From contig CAWHMU010000045.1 of the NCBI GenBank assembly GCA_963830365.1, forward strand, positions 143,036-207,035: a stretch of 64,000 nucleotides of DNA. Reading direction: 5' to 3'. The notes under the pieces are model-generated. The model saw only the letters and a list, made by a program, of their open reading frames with translations. It searched no databases and was not told where the DNA came from. This DNA comes from an uncultured Chlamydiae bacterium (GTDB lineage: Bacteria > Chlamydiota > Chlamydiia > Chlamydiales > Parachlamydiaceae). Shown piece by piece: positions 38,246 to 46,768 of this stretch. Position 1 is the stretch's first letter, and every line of letters begins with the position of its first letter. A program made the translations under genes and the position numbers.

Positions 38246-40012
38246 ATGGCAGCATGTGAGACCTATGTCGATCTATTGAAACGCATTGAAAAAGGGTATT
38301 TGAATCCCAAAGCGCTGAACCAGTGCGATAGCGAGGGCGTTTGGCAGGCTACATCGACCGAGGAAGTTTTGCGCGCGGTCAAAGATCTGGCACTTGGGTT
38401 GCATGAGTTAGGCTTGAAGCGGGGCGACAGAGTGGGGATTTTTGCCACCTCATCGCCTGAATGGACCATTGCCGATCTCGCCATCGTGATGGCTGGGGGC
38501 GTGATGGTGCCGCTTTTTACTACGATCTCAGAAGAGAATTTCCTCTATGAAGTGCAGCAGACCAAACTTAAAATCATCTTTGTCGAAGGTGTTGAGCAGT
38601 GGCCTGTATTTCAAAAATATGTCGAATGCTTTGATGTGGCTATCGCCCTGGGCGGCAATGTGCCAGCTTATGATAAGGTCAAGTCTTTAAAAGTCGTCAT
38701 GGATGGCGGCAACGCATTAGATAAAAAATATCCCACGTTTTATGCCGAATTGCAGGCCGCCCTTAAACCCGAGGACATCATCACCATCATCTATACCAGC
38801 GGCAGCACAGGCGTTCCCAAAGGGGTTGAATTGACCCAGCTGAATTTGATCGGGCAGGCAGATTTCCAAGGCTTCAGCTGGGACCCTAAAACCGACTGCT
38901 ATCTTAGCGTACTGCCACTGGAACACGTCTTTGGGCACTGCTTCAATCTATGGATGCTCTATCGTGGGGTGAGCATCTACTATACCAATGACCACAAACG
39001 CCTTTCGATAATCTGCAGCGAAGTCAAGCCTACCATGATCGCCGTTGTGCCGCGGCTATTGGAAAAAGTTTACGGCAAGATGGTGGAAAAACTCCATCAT
39101 GCCGGCCTTTTCAAGCGCCTTATCGGCAGGTGGGCTTTCCAGCTGGCAAGTAAACCTGAGTCAAAAGTAAGGAAGTTCTTCCTGCCGCTGCTCGACGCCC
39201 TGGTCTATGGTAAGTTAAGAGCTGCTCTGGGCGGAAAAATGCGCATGTTCATCTCCGGCGGCGCTCCTTTAAGTCCACAGCTGCAACATTTTTTTGAAGT
39301 CATCGGCATCCCCATCTATCAGGGATGGGGACTGACCGAAGCGTGCCCACTAAGTACAAATTTTCCAGCACAGAGCAAAATAGGCACTGTCGGCCGTCTG
39401 CTGCCTGATCAGCAGGTGATCATTTCGCCCGAAGGGGAGCTGCTCGTGAAAGGGACTTTAGTCATGCATGGCTATTATGAAAATCCGGAACAGACGGCGA
39501 GGGCCCTCGATGCGCAAGGCTATCTGCATACCGGGGATAAGGGGACAATGGATAGCGAGGGCTATTTGACCATCGTCGGGCGTTTGAAAGAACTCTATAA
39601 GACATCAACCGGCGAATATATCGCTCCCATGCCGATAGAGCAGTCTATTTGCCGTCATTCACTGATCGACATGGCACTTGTCGTAGCCGAAGGGCGCAAA
39701 TTTGCCTCATGCCTGCTATTCCCTAATATGGACGTGGTATTGCGTCTGAAGAAAAAGCAGCGCCAGGAAAATTTGAGCGACAAAGACTTTTTAAAGAGTG
39801 CCTATATCCGCTATGAAATAGACACGTTGCTAGCCGAAGTAAACAGACATTTAAATCATCCCGAGCAGATTCGCGATTATCGCTTTGTCTTGGAGCCTCT
39901 GACGATCAAAGGTGGCGATCTTACGCCATCGATGAAAATCCGGCGCGAAGCGGTGACCAGGAAATATAACAAACTGATCGATGAGATGTATCAAAACGAG
40001 GTGGAAGAATGA
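38246..40012 (+). CDS. fadD: Long-chain fatty acid--CoA ligase
   Basis: IYTSGSTGVPKG AMP-binding motif, QGWGLTE, LHTGD, LTPSMKIRR. Confidence 0.93.
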   Translation: MAACETYVDLLKRIEKGYLNPKALNQCDSEGVWQATSTEEVLRAVKDLALGLHELGLKRGDRVGIFATSSPEWTIADLAIVMAGGVMVPLFTTISEENFLYEVQQTKLKIIFVEGVEQWPVFQKYVECFDVAIALGGNVPAYDKVKSLKVVMDGGNALDKKYPTFYAELQAALKPEDIITIIYTSGSTGVPKGVELTQLNLIGQADFQGFSWDPKTDCYLSVLPLEHVFGHCFNLWMLYRGVSIYYTNDHKRLSIICSEVKPTMIAVVPRLLEKVYGKMVEKLHHAGLFKRLIGRWAFQLASKPESKVRKFFLPLLDALVYGKLRAALGGKMRMFISGGAPLSPQLQHFFEVIGIPIYQGWGLTEACPLSTNFPAQSKIGTVGRLLPDQQVIISPEGELLVKGTLVMHGYYENPEQTARALDAQGYLHTGDKGTMDSEGYLTIVGRLKELYKTSTGEYIAPMPIEQSICRHSLIDMALVVAEGRKFASCLLFPNMDVVLRLKKKQRQENLSDKDFLKSAYIRYEIDTLLAEVNRHLNHPEQIRDYRFVLEPLTIKGGDLTPSMKIRREAVTRKYNKLIDEMYQNEVEE

Positions 40013-41289
40013 AAGAACGCATTGCCATTGTGGCCGGTATCCGCACCCCATTTTGTAAAGCGGCCGGCGTCTTGCGCGATATGGAAGCTGATGATATTGG
40101 GGCGTATATAGTCAGGGAATTGATCGCCCGCACCGGCATCCCCGCCGAAAAAGTCGATGAGCTGGTCTTCGGCAATGTGCTGCAGCCCCCTCACGCCACC
40201 AATATCGCCCGCATCATCGCCATCAAGGCCGGCCTGCCGGTGAAAGTTCCGGCCTACACCGTCAACCGCAACTGCGCCTCCGGCATGGAAGCACTGATGA
40301 GTGGTGCCGACAAGATACTGCTGGGATACGACGACATCGTCATCGCCGGTGGAGTGGAGTCGATGAGCAACTTCCCGGTGCTGGTGCGCAAACGCTATAA
40401 AGAATTCCTGCAGCGCCTGGGCAAAGCCAAAAGTTTTGGCCAGAAGCTGTCGGCCCTGCTGTCCTTCAGGCCAGGCTTCCTGCTGCCCGAGATCCCTGAA
40501 ATTACCGACCCCTTATGCGGCTTGAGCATGGGACAGACCGCCGAAGTGCTGGCGCGCGAATTTCGCATCGGCCGCGCCGAACAGGACGAATTTGCCTTGA
40601 GGAGCCAGCAGCGCGCCGCCAAAGCCATCGCTGACGGCACCTTTGCCGACGAGGTGGTTCCAATTCCTCTGCCGCCATCTTATGACAAGATGCAGCTGCA
40701 GGATGACGGCGCCCGCGCCGACCAGACGCTGGCGGCGCTGGCCAAGCTGAAGCCGGCCTTTGACAAGCTCACCGGTACCGTCACCGCCGGCACCTCCAGC
40801 CAGATCACGGACGGGGCCGCTGCCGTGCTGCTGATGCGCGAAGCAGAGGCCAAAGCCATGGGTTTTAAGCCGTTGGGGTACATCCGCGCATACGCCGAAG
40901 CCGGCTTGCAGCCGAGCCGCATGGGCTTAGGACCTGCATTTGCCATATCGAAACTCTTGTCCAAGACCGGCCTGCAGCTATCCGATTTTGACCTCATCGA
41001 GATCAATGAGGCCTTCGCCGTGCAGGTGCTGGCAGTCGTCAAGGCTTGCGCCTCGGATAGCTTTGCCAGGCAGGAACTCGGCCGTGAAAAGGCTTTGGGT
41101 GTGATCGATATGGATAAACTCAATGTCAACGGCGGCGCTATCGCCCTCGGGCATCCACTGGGGGCATCAGGCACGCGCCTGGTGATCACACTCTTGAAAG
41201 AACTGAATAGAAGAAACAAAAACCTTGGCTTAGCCGCTTTATGTATCGGCGGTGGACAAGGCCAGGCCGTCATCGTGGAGGTGCAGTAA
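40009..41289 (+). CDS. fadI: 3-ketoacyl-CoA thiolase (FadI type)
   Basis: NRNCASG, EINEAF, GHPLGASG, LCIGGGQG. Confidence 0.93.
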   Translation: MKERIAIVAGIRTPFCKAAGVLRDMEADDIGAYIVRELIARTGIPAEKVDELVFGNVLQPPHATNIARIIAIKAGLPVKVPAYTVNRNCASGMEALMSGADKILLGYDDIVIAGGVESMSNFPVLVRKRYKEFLQRLGKAKSFGQKLSALLSFRPGFLLPEIPEITDPLCGLSMGQTAEVLAREFRIGRAEQDEFALRSQQRAAKAIADGTFADEVVPIPLPPSYDKMQLQDDGARADQTLAALAKLKPAFDKLTGTVTAGTSSQITDGAAAVLLMREAEAKAMGFKPLGYIRAYAEAGLQPSRMGLGPAFAISKLLSKTGLQLSDFDLIEINEAFAVQVLAVVKACASDSFARQELGREKALGVIDMDKLNVNGGAIALGHPLGASGTRLVITLLKELNRRNKNLGLAALCIGGGQGQAVIVEVQ

Positions 41290-43436
41290 TGAGTTCCGCT
41301 TTTAGATTTTCCGTCGATGAGCAAGGCATCGCCCGCATTGTTTTCGATCTGCCGGGGGGGAAGGTAAATACCCTGTCGCTGCCCGTACTGACTGAGCTGG
41401 AACAGCTGCTGGATGGGGCCGCCGCCAATAAGCAGATTAAAATCCTAACCATTGAAAGCGGCAAGCCAGATACTTTCATCGCCGGCGCCGACCTCAAAAG
41501 TTTTGAACCCATCTTTCGGGATCCCGCCGGCGCAAAAGAGATGATAGCCACGGGCCATAGAGTCTTTGACAAGCTTGCTAGAATGCATTTTCCGACCGTG
41601 GCGCTGATCAACGGCACCTGCCTTGGCGGCGGCATGGAGCTGGCCTTGGCATGCACCTATCGGGTGGCGTCAGACCACCCAAAGACTGTGCTGGGGTTGC
41701 CTGAAGTGACGCTGGGTATCTTTCCCGGGTGGGGCGGCACGCAGCGCCTGCCGCGGCTGGTCGGCTTGATTGAAGGGTTGCCCATGATCCTCGGTGGACG
41801 GCCTGTCAAGGCTGCCAAAGCCTTGAAGATAAAATTGATCGACGCCCTGGTGGCGGCAGAGTTTTTCGACGGGAAAACCCTCGAATTCATCAACGCCTGC
41901 CTGACAGACAAGGGCAGGCAGGAGATCGCCGAGCGGCGCAAGCTGCACGGCTGGCGCCACCAGCTGCTGGAAAACAATCCTCTCGGCCGCAAATTCATCT
42001 TCAGTATGGCCAAAAAAGATGTGCTGAAAAGGACCAAAGGACATTATCTCGCCCCGTTGATAGCGCTGGAACTTGTCAAAGAGACCTATGCCCTGCCGCT
42101 GCAGGAAGGGCTGGCCAAAGAAGTCCAGACCTTCCAGAAAAATCTGCAAACAGGTTTCACCGCGGCACGCAATCTGATCGCGCTCTTCTTTATTCAGGAA
42201 GCATTAAAAAAAGATGCAGGCGCAGCCGGAGATGTAAAACCCAAAAAAGTGGCCGCAGCGGGTGTCATCGGTGCCGGCACCATGGGGAGCTTGATCGCCT
42301 GGCTGTTCAGCTATCGCGACATCGCCGTACGCATGAAGGATGTCGATTGGACCGCCGTCGGCAAGGGGTATGGCGCGGCCTATGCGGTCTACAAAAAACT
42401 GGTGCGCGACCGCAAGCTAAAGCCCAGCGAAGCCTCTCTAAAATTCAACCATATCAGCGGCACCACCGACTATTCAGGTTTTAACCGCCTGGATTTAGTC
42501 ATCGAAGCCGCGGTTGAGAACCTGGACCTAAAACACCAGATCCTGAAGGATCTTGAGAAAGTCACCCGCGAAGATGCGATCATCGCTTCCAATACCTCCT
42601 CATTGACCATCAGCGAGATGGGAAGCGTGATGGCCCATCCCGAACGCTTTGTCGGCATGCATTTCTTCAATCCCGCCGACCGCATGCCGCTGGTCGAAGT
42701 GGTAGCCTCCGATAAAACTTCTCCTGAAACCATCGCTACGGCCGTCGACATCTGCCGCAAGCTCGGCAAAACGCCCATCGTGGTACGCGATTGTCCGGGC
42801 TTCTTGGTCAACCGCATCTTCGTGCCGGGCGCCAACGAGATCATGCATATGTATGCCGAAGGGGCCGATTTCGAAAGGCTTGAGAAGATGATGCTCGATT
42901 TCGGCATGCCGATGTCGCCCTTCATCCTCGCAGACGAAGTGGGCAATGATGTGGGCTATAAAGTCACTAAAGTCTTCGAAAAAGCTTACGGTTCGCGCAT
43001 GGCCATGCCCAAGCTTTTGGAAGCTATGTATGAAAATAAGCTCTATGGCAAGAAATGCGGTCAAGGCTTCTTCCTCTACCAGGGCGATGCCCACAAGAAA
43101 AATCCCAAGGTGGCCGAGCTCAGAAAGGCACTGATGCCACAGCACAAGCCCTTTGCCAATGAAGACATGCGCGACAGGGTATTTCTTGTCATGATCAATG
43201 AGGCCGCCCGCTGTCTCGATGAAAAGATCGCCGCTAACCCCTCCTACCTGGATATGGCTACGGTGATGGGCATAGGTTTCCCCCCATATCGCGGCGGCCT
43301 GCTGCGCTATGCCGACACGCTGGGCATCGACTATATCGTTAACCAGCTCAAGCGTTTCAAAGAGTTATATGGCGAGCGTTTCGCCCCTTGCGAATATCTG
43401 CTCAAGATGCAGCGTGAGCATAAAACATTTTTCTAA
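41289..43436 (+). CDS. fadJ: Fatty-acid oxidation multifunctional enzyme (enoyl-CoA hydratase / 3-hydroxyacyl-CoA dehydrogenase)
   Basis: FIAGADL, CLGGGMELALAC, GAGTMG, SNTSSL, GMHFFNP; ATG at 41289 overlaps the thiolase stop (TAATG). Confidence 0.93.
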   Translation: MSSAFRFSVDEQGIARIVFDLPGGKVNTLSLPVLTELEQLLDGAAANKQIKILTIESGKPDTFIAGADLKSFEPIFRDPAGAKEMIATGHRVFDKLARMHFPTVALINGTCLGGGMELALACTYRVASDHPKTVLGLPEVTLGIFPGWGGTQRLPRLVGLIEGLPMILGGRPVKAAKALKIKLIDALVAAEFFDGKTLEFINACLTDKGRQEIAERRKLHGWRHQLLENNPLGRKFIFSMAKKDVLKRTKGHYLAPLIALELVKETYALPLQEGLAKEVQTFQKNLQTGFTAARNLIALFFIQEALKKDAGAAGDVKPKKVAAAGVIGAGTMGSLIAWLFSYRDIAVRMKDVDWTAVGKGYGAAYAVYKKLVRDRKLKPSEASLKFNHISGTTDYSGFNRLDLVIEAAVENLDLKHQILKDLEKVTREDAIIASNTSSLTISEMGSVMAHPERFVGMHFFNPADRMPLVEVVASDKTSPETIATAVDICRKLGKTPIVVRDCPGFLVNRIFVPGANEIMHMYAEGADFERLEKMMLDFGMPMSPFILADEVGNDVGYKVTKVFEKAYGSRMAMPKLLEAMYENKLYGKKCGQGFFLYQGDAHKKNPKVAELRKALMPQHKPFANEDMRDRVFLVMINEAARCLDEKIAANPSYLDMATVMGIGFPPYRGGLLRYADTLGIDYIVNQLKRFKELYGERFAPCEYLLKMQREHKTFF

Positions 43437-43462
43437 AACTTTCAATATATGGTGGTGAGCTT

Positions 43463-45115
43463 ATGTATTATATGAAATCATTGGCAAACTTTCTTTTCTG
43501 CTTGATCCTCATCTCGACTTCCGCCCTGCAGGCCGCCACCTGGTCGCCACCCATCGATGTCTCGGCCGCCGGACAGGATGCCTACTTCCCGCAAGTAGTC
43601 ATTGACGCTTCCGGCAATGCCGTGGCCGTATGGACCCGTTCTAACGGCACAAATTTCATCATCCAGGCGGCGACGCTGCCGTACGGTTCTTCCACCTGGA
43701 CTCCTACCGCCGACCTGTCGGCCGCAGGGCAGGACGCCGCATTCCCCCAAGTGGGTGTTGATGCAGCCGGCAATGCCGTCGCCATCTGGTCGCGCTCCAA
43801 TGGCACAAATACCATCATCCAGGGGGCAAAGCTGCCCTTTGGTACATCTGCCTGGACGCCCACCACCGACCTGTCGGCCGCCGGACAGGATGCAGATAAG
43901 CCTCAAATTGCCGTAGATGCGGCCGGCAATGCCGTGGCTGTATGGTCCAGATCCGATGGCTCAAATAGCATCGTGCAAGGCGCGACGCTGCTGTTTGGCT
44001 CTGCTATATGGGTGGCGACCACTGACCTCTCTGCTAGCGGACAGGATGCAGATTCCGTACAAGTAGCCGTTGATGCCTCCGGCAATGCCGTGGCCGTCTG
44101 GCGGCGCTTTGATGGTTCTAATACCATCATCCAGGCTGCCACCCTTGCCTTTGGCTCAACTGTCTGGGTGGCAGCGACTGCCGACCTGTCGGCGGCCGGC
44201 AATGATTCACGTGATCCGCAAGTAGCAGTCGATCCTGCCGGCAATGCCGTCGCCGTCTGGTCGTTTTTTAACGGCTTTACTACCGATATATCTATTCAAG
44301 GTGCTACGCTGGCCTTTGGCTCATCAACGTGGGTAGCCACAAGTGATCTTTTAGCGCCTACTCTTAATTCAGCAGGCTCACCTCAAGTCGGCGTCGATGC
44401 TGCCGGCAATGCCCTGGCTATCTGGGTGCGCAATAATGGCGTAGATCCGGTCCTTGAAGGGGCAACGTTGGCTTTTGGCTCCTCCATATGGGTGCCGACG
44501 ACTACGATAGTAATACCTGGATTTGGGGAATTCTTCCCAATTCTTGCCGTCAATGCTAGCGGCGATGCCGTCGCGGTGTGGGTGCTCATTGATGCTGGTA
44601 TTGTAACTTTTGCCATCCAGGCTTCAACTTTAGCCTTTGGCACAGGAACGTGGACTGCTCCAGTCAATATCGGTGTGCCGGCGGTATTCCCGCTGGAACC
44701 CCCTGTAGGCTTTCCTGATGTGGCCATAGGCCCTTCAGGAAATGCTGTAGCCATTTGGCAGGGTACCAATGGAGCCAATGCTATTATTCAGGCAGCAATT
44801 TATGGGCTGTCGATACCAGCAGCGCCGACACATCTGACGGGCAAACAAGTGAATGACCGTTTTGCCACACAGTCGGTGTTGGTGAATGTGCTCAAATGGC
44901 AGGCGCCGCAAGGCGGCACTCAGCTGGTGGCCTATGCCATCTATCGCGATAGCGCTCTCACCCAGCTTGCCGGCACTGTGTCGGCTTCCGGCAAGCTGCA
45001 GTTCCAGGACGGCAACCGCCAGCCGGGGCAAACTTACACCTACTACGTTGTGGCAGTAGGGACGGGCGGCTCCCAATCGCCTGCCGCCGTCGTAACGGTA
45101 TATCCCCTTCACTAA
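43463..45115 (+). CDS. Secreted protein with eight ~52-aa repeats (probable beta-propeller) and a C-terminal FN3-like domain
   Basis: Signal peptide; repeat W..xDLSAAGQDA..PQVxVDAxGNAVAVW; C-terminal LKW...YAIYR...YTYYVVAV. Confidence 0.85.
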   Translation: MYYMKSLANFLFCLILISTSALQAATWSPPIDVSAAGQDAYFPQVVIDASGNAVAVWTRSNGTNFIIQAATLPYGSSTWTPTADLSAAGQDAAFPQVGVDAAGNAVAIWSRSNGTNTIIQGAKLPFGTSAWTPTTDLSAAGQDADKPQIAVDAAGNAVAVWSRSDGSNSIVQGATLLFGSAIWVATTDLSASGQDADSVQVAVDASGNAVAVWRRFDGSNTIIQAATLAFGSTVWVAATADLSAAGNDSRDPQVAVDPAGNAVAVWSFFNGFTTDISIQGATLAFGSSTWVATSDLLAPTLNSAGSPQVGVDAAGNALAIWVRNNGVDPVLEGATLAFGSSIWVPTTTIVIPGFGEFFPILAVNASGDAVAVWVLIDAGIVTFAIQASTLAFGTGTWTAPVNIGVPAVFPLEPPVGFPDVAIGPSGNAVAIWQGTNGANAIIQAAIYGLSIPAAPTHLTGKQVNDRFATQSVLVNVLKWQAPQGGTQLVAYAIYRDSALTQLAGTVSASGKLQFQDGNRQPGQTYTYYVVAVGTGGSQSPAAVVTVYPLH

Positions 45116-45121
45116 ACCGGT

Positions 45122-45220
45122 CCATCACCCCCGTTCGGGGGTGATGGCATGTAGCCCAGGGCAAGCGTCAGTACAGCTCTGGGTGTTCTATGGTTAGATG
45201 ATGCCTCCAGAAAGGGGTGC
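45122..45220 (+). repeat. Diverged REP-like element; its first hairpin may act as a terminator
   Basis: CCATCACCCCCG..CGGGGGTGATGG hairpin, then GTAGCCCAGGG..CTCTGGG, the same layout as the RAYT REPs. Confidence 0.55.
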
Positions 45221-45443
45221 GGGCGTACCTATTGTCCTAAATATTTGATTCTCTTTATCCCTTTGCGCTTTCCTGAATAACAAGTTCTAAGATTCATATT
45301 ATCAATGTTTTGCACTTCACTTTATTTTTCGGTATGTGACGTGCTTCCTTGCCTTTCTTTGCGGCCTTTGCGCTCTTTGCGTGGAATTGCATTCACAGGC
45401 TTTTAAGTAGAGACAATGGAAGTACTTTTTGTACCGGTCGAAG

Positions 45444-45869
45444 CTATTTCTTATCCAGGATGGCCATGCGCAGGCGGCTGACGGATACGAGCTGCCCCTG
45501 TTCATTGCTGATGTTGATTTCCCAAAGCTGGGTGGATTGTCCAAGATGCAGCGGACGGGCGGTGCCGAAGACGTAGCCTGAGCGGGCCATCTTGACATGG
45601 CTGGTATTGATTTCAAGGCCGACGCAGATTTTCTTTTCAAGATCGATACAGCATGAGGCTGCCATGCTGGCAATCGTTTCGGCCAGTGCGCAGGAGGCGC
45701 CGCCATGCATGATGCCGAAAGGCTGTTTGGTGCGGTGGTCGACGGGCATTTTGGCCGACAAGAAATCATCGCCGATCTCGGTGAATTCAATGCCGATATG
45801 GTCGACCATGGTATTAACGCGTGATTTGGTGAGGTCTTCCAAGGTGACGGGCTTAATCCAGATGCTCAT
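45444..45869 (-). CDS. Hotdog-fold thioesterase (PaaI/MenI-like)
   Basis: QPFGIMHGGASCALAET and VGLEINTSH. Confidence 0.9.
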   Translation of the reverse strand: MSIWIKPVTLEDLTKSRVNTMVDHIGIEFTEIGDDFLSAKMPVDHRTKQPFGIMHGGASCALAETIASMAASCCIDLEKKICVGLEINTSHVKMARSGYVFGTARPLHLGQSTQLWEINISNEQGQLVSVSRLRMAILDKK

Positions 45870-45883
45870 AGCTTTATTTCCTT

Positions 45884-46750
45884 TTACGCCGGTGCATTGA
45901 ATGGGGAACGGAATTTCCTGTCAGGATCGACCATATCCCATTTGTCAATCAGGCTATCATAGGTGCCGTTTTTTTTAAGCGTCCTTAGGGCCTCGCTGAA
46001 ATTATTAATTAAAGTTTCCGATGCTTCATCTTTGAGAGATATCAAGCGCAGGCCTTGATCGGTAAGCGGGGGGGTAGCGATCTTCAGTTGGCCGGTATAG
46101 AATTTATTCAGCATCGTATAGGCCGGCAGGGCATCCATAATGACGCCGTCGATCCGGTCTTTGGAGAGGGCTTCCAAAGCTTTATTTATGGTGGGATAGG
46201 TGACAAAAATGAGATTGTATACATTGGCGCCGCTTTGCCGGATGGCATTGAAGGTCAATGGCAGGCCATATCCGACGCCGATGGTAAGACCCTGCATCTG
46301 CTTCAGTGAGCTGATGGCGGCATCCTGGCGGACGATAAGCACCGGCCCGAACTTGATGATGAGCTCGGAAAAGGCATATTTCTGCTGATTGTAGATATCT
46401 GGACGTTCGGAAGAAAGGATGGCATCATAGCTGCCGTCATCGAGGCCTTCAAATAAAGTATCGTGCGTGGTGTCGTGCCAGGCAAAGCGAAATTCTGCCT
46501 GATGGGCGATGGTTTCCAGCAGATCATTGGTAAAGGCTAGTAAATTTCTTTCGCGGCCGATCAGCTGCATGGCGTTCCAGCTGTTATCGCGGCCGATGAT
46601 ATAGGTGTGGTTGCTGCCTACATGATGCCGGCCGCAGGCGCGCATGGATAGGATGATAATAATGATGGCGCACAGAAGGGAGATCCAGAGGGCCGGTTTT
46701 TTTAAAAATGGACTTGAAAGCAGTTTTTGGGAGTATTTAAAAATGTTCAT
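45884..46750 (-). CDS. ABC substrate-binding protein (family 3, amino-acid type)
   Basis: N-terminal TM; LFEGLDDGSYDAILS and ALRTLKKNGTYDSLIDKW. Confidence 0.8.
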   Translation of the reverse strand: MNIFKYSQKLLSSPFLKKPALWISLLCAIIIIILSMRACGRHHVGSNHTYIIGRDNSWNAMQLIGRERNLLAFTNDLLETIAHQAEFRFAWHDTTHDTLFEGLDDGSYDAILSSERPDIYNQQKYAFSELIIKFGPVLIVRQDAAISSLKQMQGLTIGVGYGLPLTFNAIRQSGANVYNLIFVTYPTINKALEALSKDRIDGVIMDALPAYTMLNKFYTGQLKIATPPLTDQGLRLISLKDEASETLINNFSEALRTLKKNGTYDSLIDKWDMVDPDRKFRSPFNAPA

Positions 46751-46768
46751 CGACGGGCAACCTTTAAC

